This document shows, in pieces, positions 1 through 9,532 of a DNA stretch of 32,000 bases; within the stretch, counting starts at the first letter, position 1, and every line of letters starts with the position of its first letter. Both the position numbers and the translations under genes were made by a program. Under the pieces are notes generated by a model. That model saw only the letters and a list, made by a program, of their open reading frames with translations. It had not been told where the DNA came from and did no database searches. The DNA is from Promethearchaeota archaeon (GTDB lineage Archaea > Asgardarchaeota > Lokiarchaeia > Sigyniarchaeales > Promethearchaeaceae). The stretch lies in NCBI GenBank assembly GCA_016933055.1, contig JAFGBS010000002.1:30001-62000 (forward strand), given 5' to 3'.

Positions 1-1
1 T

Positions 2-973
2 TCAATAAATTATTTTGGATTAATTCCCGTGCGATTTAAAGAAGATGCTATACGAAGAAGTGTACAAGGATATGTTGGAATTTCCAGTTTCCTAGGGATG
101 CTTTTAGGTGCTCTAATTCCTACATTTATTATTTCTTATGGTAATATCCAATCGTACGGAGTTATGTCCCTAATAATCGTAGGTATTGCGTTTATTCCTG
201 CCATTGGTATGATTCCGGGAATTTATGAACCTCCTAATTTACGACCCAAATTCAAAGAAGCCCGAATTACTCAAAATGAATCATTTTGGACTATGGTGAA
301 ATTCTCTGCAAAGCACAAAAATTATCGGATTTTGCTATTATTGTCCTTTACTAATCAAGTTATCATGTCATGTGTTGGAGGGTCGTTACATTATATTGTT
401 AAATACATTTACCTTGAAGATATAGATATTTCGGTATTTTTTTATATCGGATACTTCAGCGGCGCTCTGATTGGATCCTTTGCATGGGTAAAAATAGCGG
501 ATAAACTCCAAAATACGAAACTTAGTTATTTATTATCTGGATTATGTATGTTGGTGTGTCAAATTCCCATGATATTTGTTAAGAATTATAATTATTATAT
601 TGCTAGTATCTTGTTATTTCCATTTGCATTCTGTTTTTCCGGATTTTGGAGCACCTTGCGTGTTCCATTGTCTTCGGATGTACTAGATGAGTTATCGGCA
701 GATTTAGGCAAGAGAAACGATTCAACATTTATTGGGATTAGATCAATTTTTTTCCAACTTGCAATTGTTTTCCAATCACTAGTGTTCGGAGTGGTGCATA
801 CCATCACGAATTTCGATAAAAATGTGGAGCTCCAACCAGTGAGTGCCCAAAATGGGATAATATTTCTTTTCGCAGCCGTACCAATACTATTAGAAATAAT
901 TACATTTCTTATCTTTTGGCTTCGTTATGATTTAACTCCAGAAAGAGTTCAGAAAGTCAAGCACCAATTATGA
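2..973 (+). CDS. MFS transporter, glycoside-pentoside-hexuronide (MelB/MFS_2-like) family; 5'-partial
   Basis: The frame is open from position 2, so the gene starts before the window and GTG 29 is not the true start. Many hydrophobic helices, GPH-type C-terminal motifs (DVLDE...GKRNDSTFIG, FWLRYDLT). Confidence 0.85.
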   Translation, partial: SINYFGLIPVRFKEDAIRRSVQGYVGISSFLGMLLGALIPTFIISYGNIQSYGVMSLIIVGIAFIPAIGMIPGIYEPPNLRPKFKEARITQNESFWTMVKFSAKHKNYRILLLLSFTNQVIMSCVGGSLHYIVKYIYLEDIDISVFFYIGYFSGALIGSFAWVKIADKLQNTKLSYLLSGLCMLVCQIPMIFVKNYNYYIASILLFPFAFCFSGFWSTLRVPLSSDVLDELSADLGKRNDSTFIGIRSIFFQLAIVFQSLVFGVVHTITNFDKNVELQPVSAQNGIIFLFAAVPILLEIITFLIFWLRYDLTPERVQKVKHQL

Positions 974-1144
974 TCTAGAAGAAAATGTAAAAGACCCATT
1001 CTTTTTTAATATCCAGTTCAATTCCCAGCGGAATTCCTTAAACATCTATCCTAGTTCATCCTCTTGTCGAAGAATTTGAAAAAATATTTCTTACTATTAA
1101 GTATCGTTGAAAAAATAGTAAATAAAAGAAAAAAGGTGGTATAA

Positions 1145-2530
1145 TTACGTTATACTCATATCCAAGGGCAGAAAATCATTAACTTCATCAAGAGCTGAAT
1201 ATAACGGAACCCCCGGATATCCGTACATCGGATATAGCCAGTAATTAGAGCCAACTAAAGCCATTGTGCCGTATCCGCATACATTAATGTAGAGCATATC
1301 ATCCTCCAGTACAGGAAATTCCGATTTTGCCATCTTAAACTCAAAAATTCGATGATCTTCTCCACAATTCTCACTTGGTCCATATGAATAGGCGATATCA
1401 TAATTTCCTAAAGCAATCGTATTACCAACTATTGCATAAATTAGTTGAGTTGAAGTAATTCGAAGGGAGAGCTTATCGATTTTTAGATCATAAGCTGTTG
1501 GATCAGTAGCGTTTTCTTCATTATAGCAGTGAATGGTGAAATAAAACATCCCATTCGTTGTGTTAATGGTATTATGGTCAAGATCAACCCCACCAGTCAC
1601 AATAGAATTTGCAGAGAAAACTATATTGTTACTATTCGAATCGAAACTGGGGTCATTTATATCACTAGGCATTCCCCCATGTTCATACACTGAGCAATAA
1701 AACTCGTCAGCTATTCCATAATGTCCAGAAGGATTCGAAGTAAGATTTGAACTCAATCGGTACCTTAACTTCAAATCAGTAATACTCGAAAGAAATGAAC
1801 TGATTTCTTCATCAGGGAGTTTTTCTGAGATATTGACCGCAAAATGGAGGTCTAAATAGTCTCCCGACAACCATGATCCGTCAACACTATAAAAATTGGA
1901 AGTTCCGGTATAGTTCCTATTATCATTACCTATCCAAAAATCATAGAAATTTCCATTAGTATCTCCTCGAGACACACTTATTGAATCGGTTTCCGGAAAA
2001 AGAGGAATATCACTGTAAGTTGTACCACCTATCCCCACATCGTAAAAATAATCAAAAACCTTCTCACTGCTAACGTTATAAAAGAAATATTCATATCCAT
2101 AATCCTCTAGAGAATAGAATGCTAAACTTGTTCCTGATGCATCAGGAAGCCTATTAGCGAGGTGAAATCCTATCCACTCCCCTTCCTCATTGTTAGTGCG
2201 ATCCGAGCATAGATCTAATGCTACATAATAATAGGTTTCATCTTCTGCAACATACATGTAATTCCATCCGTCAACATTAGCTTTTCCTTCTGTTATATCA
2301 ATCGAATTATCCACGTCTAGATAAAAAGGAATGAAATAAGAGGATCGGATCCATTCCCGCTTTCCAATTATACCATCAATTGTTGGAGTAAATTGCTTCG
2401 GTTTTTCACTGAACTGCCAATCGTTCCCAATAAGCCATCCAATAAAAAAAGCTCCTCCACTAACGACAAATATAAGAGAGATTGTAAGAATCACATTTCG
2501 TTTTTTATTTTCTTTTACCATCATCATCAC
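1145..2530 (-). CDS. Membrane-anchored extracellular protein with DOMON/CBM9-like domain
   Basis: Basic N-terminus plus a single TM helix; PTIDGIIGKREW, YMYVAEDETYYYVALD and HRIFEFKMAKSEF resemble DOMON-like/CBM9 strands; Asp/Ser/Asn/Tyr-rich. Confidence 0.6.
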   Translation of the reverse strand: MMMMVKENKKRNVILTISLIFVVSGGAFFIGWLIGNDWQFSEKPKQFTPTIDGIIGKREWIRSSYFIPFYLDVDNSIDITEGKANVDGWNYMYVAEDETYYYVALDLCSDRTNNEEGEWIGFHLANRLPDASGTSLAFYSLEDYGYEYFFYNVSSEKVFDYFYDVGIGGTTYSDIPLFPETDSISVSRGDTNGNFYDFWIGNDNRNYTGTSNFYSVDGSWLSGDYLDLHFAVNISEKLPDEEISSFLSSITDLKLRYRLSSNLTSNPSGHYGIADEFYCSVYEHGGMPSDINDPSFDSNSNNIVFSANSIVTGGVDLDHNTINTTNGMFYFTIHCYNEENATDPTAYDLKIDKLSLRITSTQLIYAIVGNTIALGNYDIAYSYGPSENCGEDHRIFEFKMAKSEFPVLEDDMLYINVCGYGTMALVGSNYWLYPMYGYPGVPLYSALDEVNDFLPLDMSIT

Positions 2531-2943
2531 CTTTTTATGATTAAGTCCCTATCGAAGATTCCATATATAATCTTAACTAGCAAAAATTGTGTGTTCAGTA
2601 TTTATCCATTATTTTCACGACTTAAAATCAATTCCAGATGTCAAAAATGATATAAAACAACTGTAAGCACCATAAATCAAATTTTTCAAAAATTTCACCG
2701 TTCTGTTTAATTAAATTTCTCCGACTTATCAACTCAATACATATAAAAGGACATCAAGACCGCAATTCTAAGTTCGAGACGTAAAAGGAGATCCGAGTTT
2801 AGAGAAGCTAAATCTCCATCATTCCGAACGAAGGGCATCATAAGTAAGAGACCTTTGGGCGGGAAAATTGTTTTATTAGGTTAGAGTCGATTAAAGCTGA
2901 AGTTATCTAGTAATGACAGTTTAAATGGTAGCTTTAATCATTA

Positions 2944-3591
2944 TTATTTCTTAATTTTCCTTTTCCCATGCAACGTGAAACCGTATCCTTTCATCCAACC
3001 GAATAAAATCCAATAATAAGGAACATTTGAGTAAGTGCCGTGATCCTTGATATATTCAACAAAAGGTTTACCTGTTTCATCTTGGTGTGCGAATAATCCC
3101 GGTTTAACTCCATCAAATTCCACAATTGGCCAGTTTTTACGTACACATAACTCTTTATCAAACGCGACGTTAGCTTCCACCCATTTTCCATTTAAATATA
3201 GTTCGGTATATCCATGATACAGAAATTTGTCGTTTCCAATATATTCAATATACTTTTTCGAGGTCATATGATTGATTATATCATTGAAATGAAGTCGTGA
3301 GGGAATTCCGACTGCTCTAGCAAGTGCGGCGAGTAAAACTGCTTTTTGGATGCAAAATCCAAATCCTCGATTTAATGTAGCAGTTGCTTTCATGTTTTCA
3401 CGACTATAATATTCATTATTATTTTTCACAACATAGGGTATCTCATCCCGAACAAAATAGAACAATTTAATTGCTTTCTCGATATCGTGATTGGTTGGTA
3501 TTCCTTCTATTAGTTTCGTTGCTTTTTGCGTTATGTGGGGATCTTTAAAGTTCATGTAGTATGTTGGTCTCAGATATTTTCGATTCACCAT
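2944..3591 (-). CDS. Transglutaminase-like superfamily protein
   Basis: GFGFCIQKAVLLAALARAVGIPSR (catalytic Cys) and HGYTELYLNGKWV (His) motifs. Confidence 0.9.
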   Translation of the reverse strand: MVNRKYLRPTYYMNFKDPHITQKATKLIEGIPTNHDIEKAIKLFYFVRDEIPYVVKNNNEYYSRENMKATATLNRGFGFCIQKAVLLAALARAVGIPSRLHFNDIINHMTSKKYIEYIGNDKFLYHGYTELYLNGKWVEANVAFDKELCVRKNWPIVEFDGVKPGLFAHQDETGKPFVEYIKDHGTYSNVPYYWILFGWMKGYGFTLHGKRKIKK

Positions 3592-3759
3592 AAGTCTATT
3601 ATTCCCTATTCCGTCTTATGTTTTTCTTCTTATTTTATTTCAAAAAGCGATGCAATCGATTTTTATATCGCTATCTGAGGTAAACCCAATTTTTTCATTA
3701 TATTTTTTTTTCACCTTTTTGTGAAAGAATATCCAGTGTTATGAAATGAATTTTTCAAT

Positions 3760-5388
3760 ATGCTACAATTTACCAAATTAATAATGCAAAAACCAACCGT
3801 TGCACTTTTTGGATCATCTGGTACCATGGGAATCAAGGCATTTAAGGGACTATGGAAGCGAAAGAACGAATTTAATATAATATTATTAGTTCGTCCATCC
3901 AAAAAAAATAAAAAATTATTCCGCTCCTATGAAAAAGAAAAGGGAATTCGCTCCATTCCATCTGCAGGGGTGGTTGAACAGAACGGTTTTAAGATCGTGT
4001 GGGGAGATGCTACGAGATACGAAGATGTGAAGGAGACTGTCAATGGAGCCGATTGGGTGCTTAATTGTATGGCTTTGATTTCACCCACCGCAGATTATTG
4101 TCAAAATGAAGCGTATGCTGTGAATACGGAAGGAATCCAAAATATTGTCACCGCGATCGAATCAGAGCCAGGAGGTCCGCAACGAATAAAATTAATCCAT
4201 ACGAGTTCTGTTGCCACTATGGGAGATCGTATGGGACCGATTCGATACGGACGAATTGGGGATCCTGTATTTCCATCAATTTATGATTATTACGCAATCA
4301 CAAAAATAGCAGGGGAACGAATAATTCTAGAATCTAAACTTCGATATTGGGCAATTCTCCGAATGACTTTTATCATGCCTACTGATTTCGCAAAATTTTC
4401 TAGTTTATTGGATCCAATCTTGTTCCATATGCCACTTGATACTTGTATGGAGAACACCACTGATAGGGATGCAGGATATGGATTAATAAAATGCCTTGAT
4501 GTTTCAGAAAATTCTGATTTTTGGAGGAGGGTATACAATTTCGGTGGAGGTCCCAGTATGCGTTGTACCGGGTATGAATATCTTAATTTAGCATTAAGTA
4601 TAAACGGCATTTCAAGTGTAGAAGATATAATGGATAGGAATTGGTTTGCTTTGCGGAATTTCCACCTGCAATTATATTTAGACAGTGTTATTCTCAATGA
4701 CTACTTACAGTTTCAGCGAGACACATTAGAGAGTTGGAAAACTACAGTTATCCAAAATATGCCGAGAATTCTCCAATTCTTCCGAACATTAACTTTGAAA
4801 TTTCCAATAGTCCAAAAATTAGTAAATCGTATTACGCGCAAAATGATGAAAGACCTTGCAGAGAACCACAGAAATGGAACACGACATTGGTATATCAATG
4901 GAAATGTAAAACGAATCACTGCCTTTTATAAAGATTTAGATACTTACGAATCCATCTCACCATGGAATTTATCGAGACCATGGGACACGGTAAAAGAAAG
5001 TGAAAAATTTTTACTCGATCATGGTTATGATGAAAATAAAAATCAGCTAAATATGCAAGATTTGCACCAAGCTGCAAATTTTCGAGGGGGAATTCTTCTC
5101 TCTGAAAAATGGGACGGAGATATGTTTAAATCATTGGAATGGGAGTGTTGCTTATCCCATAAGTTTACTGCAAATCCGAACACGGTACTAAAAACGGGTC
5201 ATTGGTGCCCTAAATGCGCTCAACCCCCTTGGAAACACAATGAAATTGCAAAAAAGAATCCTTATTTCGCTCAAGTCTGGCATGTTATGCATGATAGGAA
5301 TGAATACGAATTGTATACGTTAGAAGAATGCCAAGATATAGCACAAGCACATCTTGACAAGAAGAAAGCGAAATTTAGTATCATTTAG
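3760..5388 (+). CDS. NAD(P)-dependent epimerase/dehydratase (extended SDR) with C-terminal Zn-ribbon
   Basis: Rossmann motif VALFGSSGTMG, catalytic YAITK (YxxxK), C-terminal WECCLSHKF...GHWCPKC. The start may be ATG 3784. Confidence 0.85.
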   Translation: MLQFTKLIMQKPTVALFGSSGTMGIKAFKGLWKRKNEFNIILLVRPSKKNKKLFRSYEKEKGIRSIPSAGVVEQNGFKIVWGDATRYEDVKETVNGADWVLNCMALISPTADYCQNEAYAVNTEGIQNIVTAIESEPGGPQRIKLIHTSSVATMGDRMGPIRYGRIGDPVFPSIYDYYAITKIAGERIILESKLRYWAILRMTFIMPTDFAKFSSLLDPILFHMPLDTCMENTTDRDAGYGLIKCLDVSENSDFWRRVYNFGGGPSMRCTGYEYLNLALSINGISSVEDIMDRNWFALRNFHLQLYLDSVILNDYLQFQRDTLESWKTTVIQNMPRILQFFRTLTLKFPIVQKLVNRITRKMMKDLAENHRNGTRHWYINGNVKRITAFYKDLDTYESISPWNLSRPWDTVKESEKFLLDHGYDENKNQLNMQDLHQAANFRGGILLSEKWDGDMFKSLEWECCLSHKFTANPNTVLKTGHWCPKCAQPPWKHNEIAKKNPYFAQVWHVMHDRNEYELYTLEECQDIAQAHLDKKKAKFSII

Positions 5389-5418
5389 ACCGTAACAGGC
5401 AGCGGAATAAGTTTATAA

Positions 5419-5985
5419 TTATATGCTCTGCATAATCGATTTACCCAATTGCTGTACTTTTTCGATGAAACCCTTATTTTTAACTACTTCTCCAAGATCC
5501 ATCGCAGTGCCATGTACGATTTCTCTGCACACGCCCCCTAAATAGCTAAACATCATTTTTAGAGCATTTATAGCGTTGTTTGCACCAGAATTCTGTTCAT
5601 TCGAACCTCCATATACTAATATACCTGCCATTGCTTTTCCTTTCAATGCATTTCCATGTTTTCCGAAAAGAGCATAAAATCGATCAATTACCAGCTTCAA
5701 TTGCGCACTATAGTTGAACCAATAAATAGGCGCTGCAAACACAATACCAGACGCATCCAGAATTTTACCGTACAATGGGATCATATCATCTTGTTGTACA
5801 CACATTCCATCTTTATTTTTCATACATACATCACAAGCACGACAAGGGTGGATATTCATTGAGTTAACTGCATATATCTCCGTCTTTCCGTTGTGATTTT
5901 TGATACTTTGGGATAAGGTATCACATAAAATGGATGTGTTACCGTTATTTCGGGGACTACCATTAAAGATGAGAATGGTCTTCAT
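5419..5985 (-). CDS. Iron-sulfur flavoprotein (Isf) / NADPH-dependent FMN reductase family
   Basis: NGSPRNNGNT FMN loop, CX2CX2CX7C cluster motif (CRACDVCMKNKDGMC), APIYWFNYSAQLKLVIDR. Confidence 0.9.
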   Translation of the reverse strand: MKTILIFNGSPRNNGNTSILCDTLSQSIKNHNGKTEIYAVNSMNIHPCRACDVCMKNKDGMCVQQDDMIPLYGKILDASGIVFAAPIYWFNYSAQLKLVIDRFYALFGKHGNALKGKAMAGILVYGGSNEQNSGANNAINALKMMFSYLGGVCREIVHGTAMDLGEVVKNKGFIEKVQQLGKSIMQSI

Positions 5986-6010
5986 TCCACATCATATTCG
6001 TATGAAGAGA

Positions 6011-6018
6011 TATTTATA
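6011..6018. promoter_or_regulatory. Candidate shared TATA element for the divergent Isf and M23 genes
   Basis: TATTTATA (TATAAATA on minus) lies 26 nt from ATG 5985 (-) and 24 nt from ATG 6042 (+). Confidence 0.45.
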
Positions 6019-6020
6019 GG

Positions 6021-6725
6021 TTGATGAAAGTACTTAAAATTATGAAGAAAGGAGGAAAAATCCTACTAACCATCTCGTTAATTATAATTGTTCCAGTAAT
6101 AGGCTTTGTGAGTTATAAATTGATAGAGGATGCCTTACGGGGTGATGATGGAGGTTCTCTTTCCCCTATTGATTTTGATAATGAAGGACGATACGATGAT
6201 TCGGTTTTGAATAATATGACTGTAATTTATGAGTCCCAGTCTGATATAGTAGCCTGGAACGAGGGGTTCTCATCGAGTCCTGCATGTCCATGGGGGTTCA
6301 CGCATGAACGCTTAGATTTTTTCTATGTCAACAATTCAGCAATTCTAGCAGCCGCCCCGGGTAAGGTTGTGGATATAGAATATCGGGATAATGGAGAAGT
6401 GTATGATAATCGTTACTGGGTCACAGTTCATATTCGATTTAATCAAACAGTTGAATTATCTTACAATTTCGAATCTTGGACAAACATGACATCAGATTGG
6501 GAAAACCAACAATCCATGATATCTGTTCAAGTGGGAGATTGGGTGGAACAGGGTCAAGAATTTGCAAGATTTTTAGCTGTTGGGGGGGGAGCACATATTC
6601 ATTTTGATGTGTTTGAGGGAAATGAAAAATATTGTCCTCAGAAATATCTATCTAGCGATGCATACAATGAATTATTATCATTGGTTCATTTCTATCATCC
6701 CACGTGGGATCTGTGCTATCCATAA
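6021..6725 (+). CDS. Membrane-anchored M23-family metallopeptidase
   Basis: HxxxD (HERLD, 6303) and HxH (HIH, 6594) zinc motifs; AAAPGKVV and VQVGDWVEQGQ hybrid-fold motifs; N-terminal TM helix. The start is probably ATG 6042. Confidence 0.8.
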   Translation: MMKVLKIMKKGGKILLTISLIIIVPVIGFVSYKLIEDALRGDDGGSLSPIDFDNEGRYDDSVLNNMTVIYESQSDIVAWNEGFSSSPACPWGFTHERLDFFYVNNSAILAAAPGKVVDIEYRDNGEVYDNRYWVTVHIRFNQTVELSYNFESWTNMTSDWENQQSMISVQVGDWVEQGQEFARFLAVGGGAHIHFDVFEGNEKYCPQKYLSSDAYNELLSLVHFYHPTWDLCYP

Positions 6726-6807
6726 TATTGCCATTTTTGGGGTTCTAAAGTTTTATATAATTAAGATAGTACTCTTTAGCCATAGCTAATAGATTGGTAA
6801 CCATAAT

Positions 6808-8505
6808 ATGGTATTTCGTAATTTAAAGGAATCGGTCGCTATCAAGAATCCTGTTTACTGGGAGAGTCAAGAAAAAGTAACTTTAGTCATGAAATCGGTA
6901 TCAGGGAACATGTGGGAGGTGTTGATTGATCTATTAGAAAAACCGAAAACCTATCAAGAGATTGTTGATTCGAATACACGGATAGTTGCACGATTTGAGT
7001 ATTTTTCTGAGTACAAGCCCGAGAAAGCACAAAGAATGCAAATTAAAAAGCAAAATATGAATGACAAACTCCAACAAGACCTCGCATTATTAATTGGATT
7101 CGAAGTTTTGGAATACAACGGTGACACATATTCCCTCACACTAAAAGGTAAAGAAATAGCGGAACATGGGAAACAATTAGTACCTAAGTTCGTAGAAAAG
7201 ATTTTTTCTACAAAATTGGTCTCGACACTCACATTAATATTGCATATAATACTAACCGTTGTGAAATTATCCTTTGGATTTTTGTTCGGATCCGCCGGAT
7301 TAATTGCAGATGGTGTGGATAATGGAGTAGATACCGGAAGCTCTATGTTGATCTGGCTGGGAGTAAAATATAAGAAAGAAAAACTCATTTCACTGATTAT
7401 TATTATTTTGATGTACGCTAGTATAGGACTGATTGGGTACGAATCCGTCCAAAAATTCCTCAATCCCGAACCTATTGATATGTGGGTACTCAATCTCAGC
7501 ATAACGCTTGTTTGTGGGATTTTAATGTTAATCCTATCAGGATATCAGTATTTGACAGGGCAATTTCACAAGAATTTCCCTATTTTATGTCAATCGGTCG
7601 ATTCTCAAAACCATTTTTATACTTCTTTACTCGTAAGTGCAGGAATTGTCTTATCACGTATAGCACAGATAACAGGATTAACATGGTTGAATTATGGGGA
7701 TGGATTCGCATCTGTAATAGTAGGGATATTAATTCTTAAAAGTGCGATTGAATTAACTATTGAATTTCGAAAAGAACAAGAAGATAAAGATTCGGCTGTT
7801 TCTCACTATGTAAAACGATCGATGGAAAAGCTGAAACAACGGATTATTTTCGGATGGTTGCATAGAGAATTGGAAAAAAATCCTCTCACAAAAGAACAAA
7901 TGGAACAATCCTTTTTAGAAGAATTTGATAAAAATGCGTCTAAGGTATTGAATATCTTTCCGCTAGGATTTCAACCAAAGGGTTTAGCAGAATTGGAATA
8001 TTATCTTGATTATTTTCAAAAGAAACATATGATTACAAAACTCAATAATCACTATTACTTAGCATCAATTATTGGCGTGAAAGATATCCAGAATGCAAAA
8101 TCCCTCAGAAGATCCGTCCGCGCGTTACATTTCCAACAAATCTCACCCAAGATTTTTGCGATTATCTCAACACTTCTTATGTTGACGATGATTGGTATTC
8201 TTTTTCGAGATATCGTAAATAATATAAGAGAATTTCAGCAATTTACACTAATATTCTGCATAATTGCTTTACCTACTGAGATATTACTGAGTAATATTGG
8301 TCGTTTGCTGAGAAGAAAAGCCTTTTATGCTAAACGAAAAATAATTTATCTTTTAGTAGCGACCGCTAATATACATAACCTTAAGGAAATGCGAAAGAAG
8401 ACTTGGATCGATGAGCGGGAGATTCGAGATATTTTGAAGATCTTCATCTCTAATAAAATTATTCAAGGAAAGTTGGAGTACAATTCGTTTATTCCATCGT
8501 TTTGA
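6808..8505 (+). CDS. Cation diffusion facilitator (CDF) membrane domain fused to winged-helix-like domains
   Basis: LIADGVDNGVD (TM2 signature) within six TM helices; flanking soluble segments ending in YSLTLKGKEIA and ITKLNNHYYL resemble wHTH wings. Confidence 0.75.
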   Translation: MVFRNLKESVAIKNPVYWESQEKVTLVMKSVSGNMWEVLIDLLEKPKTYQEIVDSNTRIVARFEYFSEYKPEKAQRMQIKKQNMNDKLQQDLALLIGFEVLEYNGDTYSLTLKGKEIAEHGKQLVPKFVEKIFSTKLVSTLTLILHIILTVVKLSFGFLFGSAGLIADGVDNGVDTGSSMLIWLGVKYKKEKLISLIIIILMYASIGLIGYESVQKFLNPEPIDMWVLNLSITLVCGILMLILSGYQYLTGQFHKNFPILCQSVDSQNHFYTSLLVSAGIVLSRIAQITGLTWLNYGDGFASVIVGILILKSAIELTIEFRKEQEDKDSAVSHYVKRSMEKLKQRIIFGWLHRELEKNPLTKEQMEQSFLEEFDKNASKVLNIFPLGFQPKGLAELEYYLDYFQKKHMITKLNNHYYLASIIGVKDIQNAKSLRRSVRALHFQQISPKIFAIISTLLMLTMIGILFRDIVNNIREFQQFTLIFCIIALPTEILLSNIGRLLRRKAFYAKRKIIYLLVATANIHNLKEMRKKTWIDEREIRDILKIFISNKIIQGKLEYNSFIPSF

Positions 8506-8536
8506 TGACAAACTAAAAACCAATAAAACGATAACT

Positions 8537-9508
8537 TTATGAAAAGCACGGAAATTTTCTTCTAAGCTTCTCTAATCTCATCAAACCGTATTTTACCATA
8601 TTCTGTTTATGATGCTGAAGTCCAAATAAGACATATTCCAGCCACGTGCGGCAGTAAAGAAATTTCATTCGCTCAAATAAAGAGACAGAATCAGAATAAG
8701 CATATGCACTAATTATGGTATCTTGAAAAATAGGTTGTTCATAAAATAATAAATCGGCAGCAGGATCCCATACACAACATTGCTCGAAATCTACAATTCC
8801 TGTAATTTTACTCTTTTTCGGATCCACTAAAATATTCGACATATCAAAATCTCCATGAGTTAATACGGGTGTGAATTGGAAATTACGAGGATTTTCTAAA
8901 AAAGTCTCAAAAATTTGTTGACTCCAGAATTTTTGTAGAAGATTTAGCATTGGAAACACTTTTTCTTTAAATTCCTCGAACTTGTTTCTCCAATACTGCT
9001 TGTAGTCTTCGGTTTGAAAACTCGTATTGAATATTTTTGCATTTACTTGATGGAATAGAGTCGGAGAATGTAACTGATTAAGGAATTCCGCAATTTCGAT
9101 TGCGATTTGTTTGTATTGTTGATGAGTTAGATCAGAAAAAACTGTAGAAAGAGGCACTCCCGATAGTTTAGTATAGACCATAAACGGCATTTCTTCATCC
9201 AATGAAATTTTAGTGGGCTGAGGAATGGGAATGTTAAGAAAGCTGGATAAGTTTTTTAACTTCATTGCTTCCTCTTGAATTAATTGTATTCCCTTTTGAT
9301 TTCTGAAGGTGACATCAGGAACCCGCAATATAAAGTCCTTGAATTCGAACACGTTGTAGGTCCCATGGTAGAAAAAACGTAGATCCTTTTTTTCTACAAC
9401 GGTGTAGTGTTTCTTAAGAGTGGAGATAAGTTCGTTAATATCTATATCACACGGATTGGTTTCTTCAAACAATGCCATTAAAGTAAATAATTTAGCTCCC
9501 CCTAACAA
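8537..9508 (-). CDS. Aminoglycoside phosphotransferase / choline kinase (APH) family protein
   Basis: Brenner motif HGDFDMSNIL and GIVDFE. The start is more likely ATG 9478. Confidence 0.9.
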   Translation of the reverse strand: MLGGAKLFTLMALFEETNPCDIDINELISTLKKHYTVVEKKDLRFFYHGTYNVFEFKDFILRVPDVTFRNQKGIQLIQEEAMKLKNLSSFLNIPIPQPTKISLDEEMPFMVYTKLSGVPLSTVFSDLTHQQYKQIAIEIAEFLNQLHSPTLFHQVNAKIFNTSFQTEDYKQYWRNKFEEFKEKVFPMLNLLQKFWSQQIFETFLENPRNFQFTPVLTHGDFDMSNILVDPKKSKITGIVDFEQCCVWDPAADLLFYEQPIFQDTIISAYAYSDSVSLFERMKFLYCRTWLEYVLFGLQHHKQNMVKYGLMRLEKLRRKFPCFS

Positions 9509-9532
9509 TCTTTAAGTAATAACAAATCTAAA

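Noticed and set aside
2740-2870. Fluoride or SAM riboswitch, or hammerhead ribozyme, in the intergenic gap
   Set aside because: Only fragments (GGAGAT, TGATGCC, ATCAAGA) occur and not in the required order.
6954-7502. 182-aa antisense ORF within the CDF gene, and similar shadow ORFs throughout the track (e.g. 4290-4697, 21979-22751, 28739-29656)
   Set aside because: Fully overlap well-supported genes and show no recognisable motifs.
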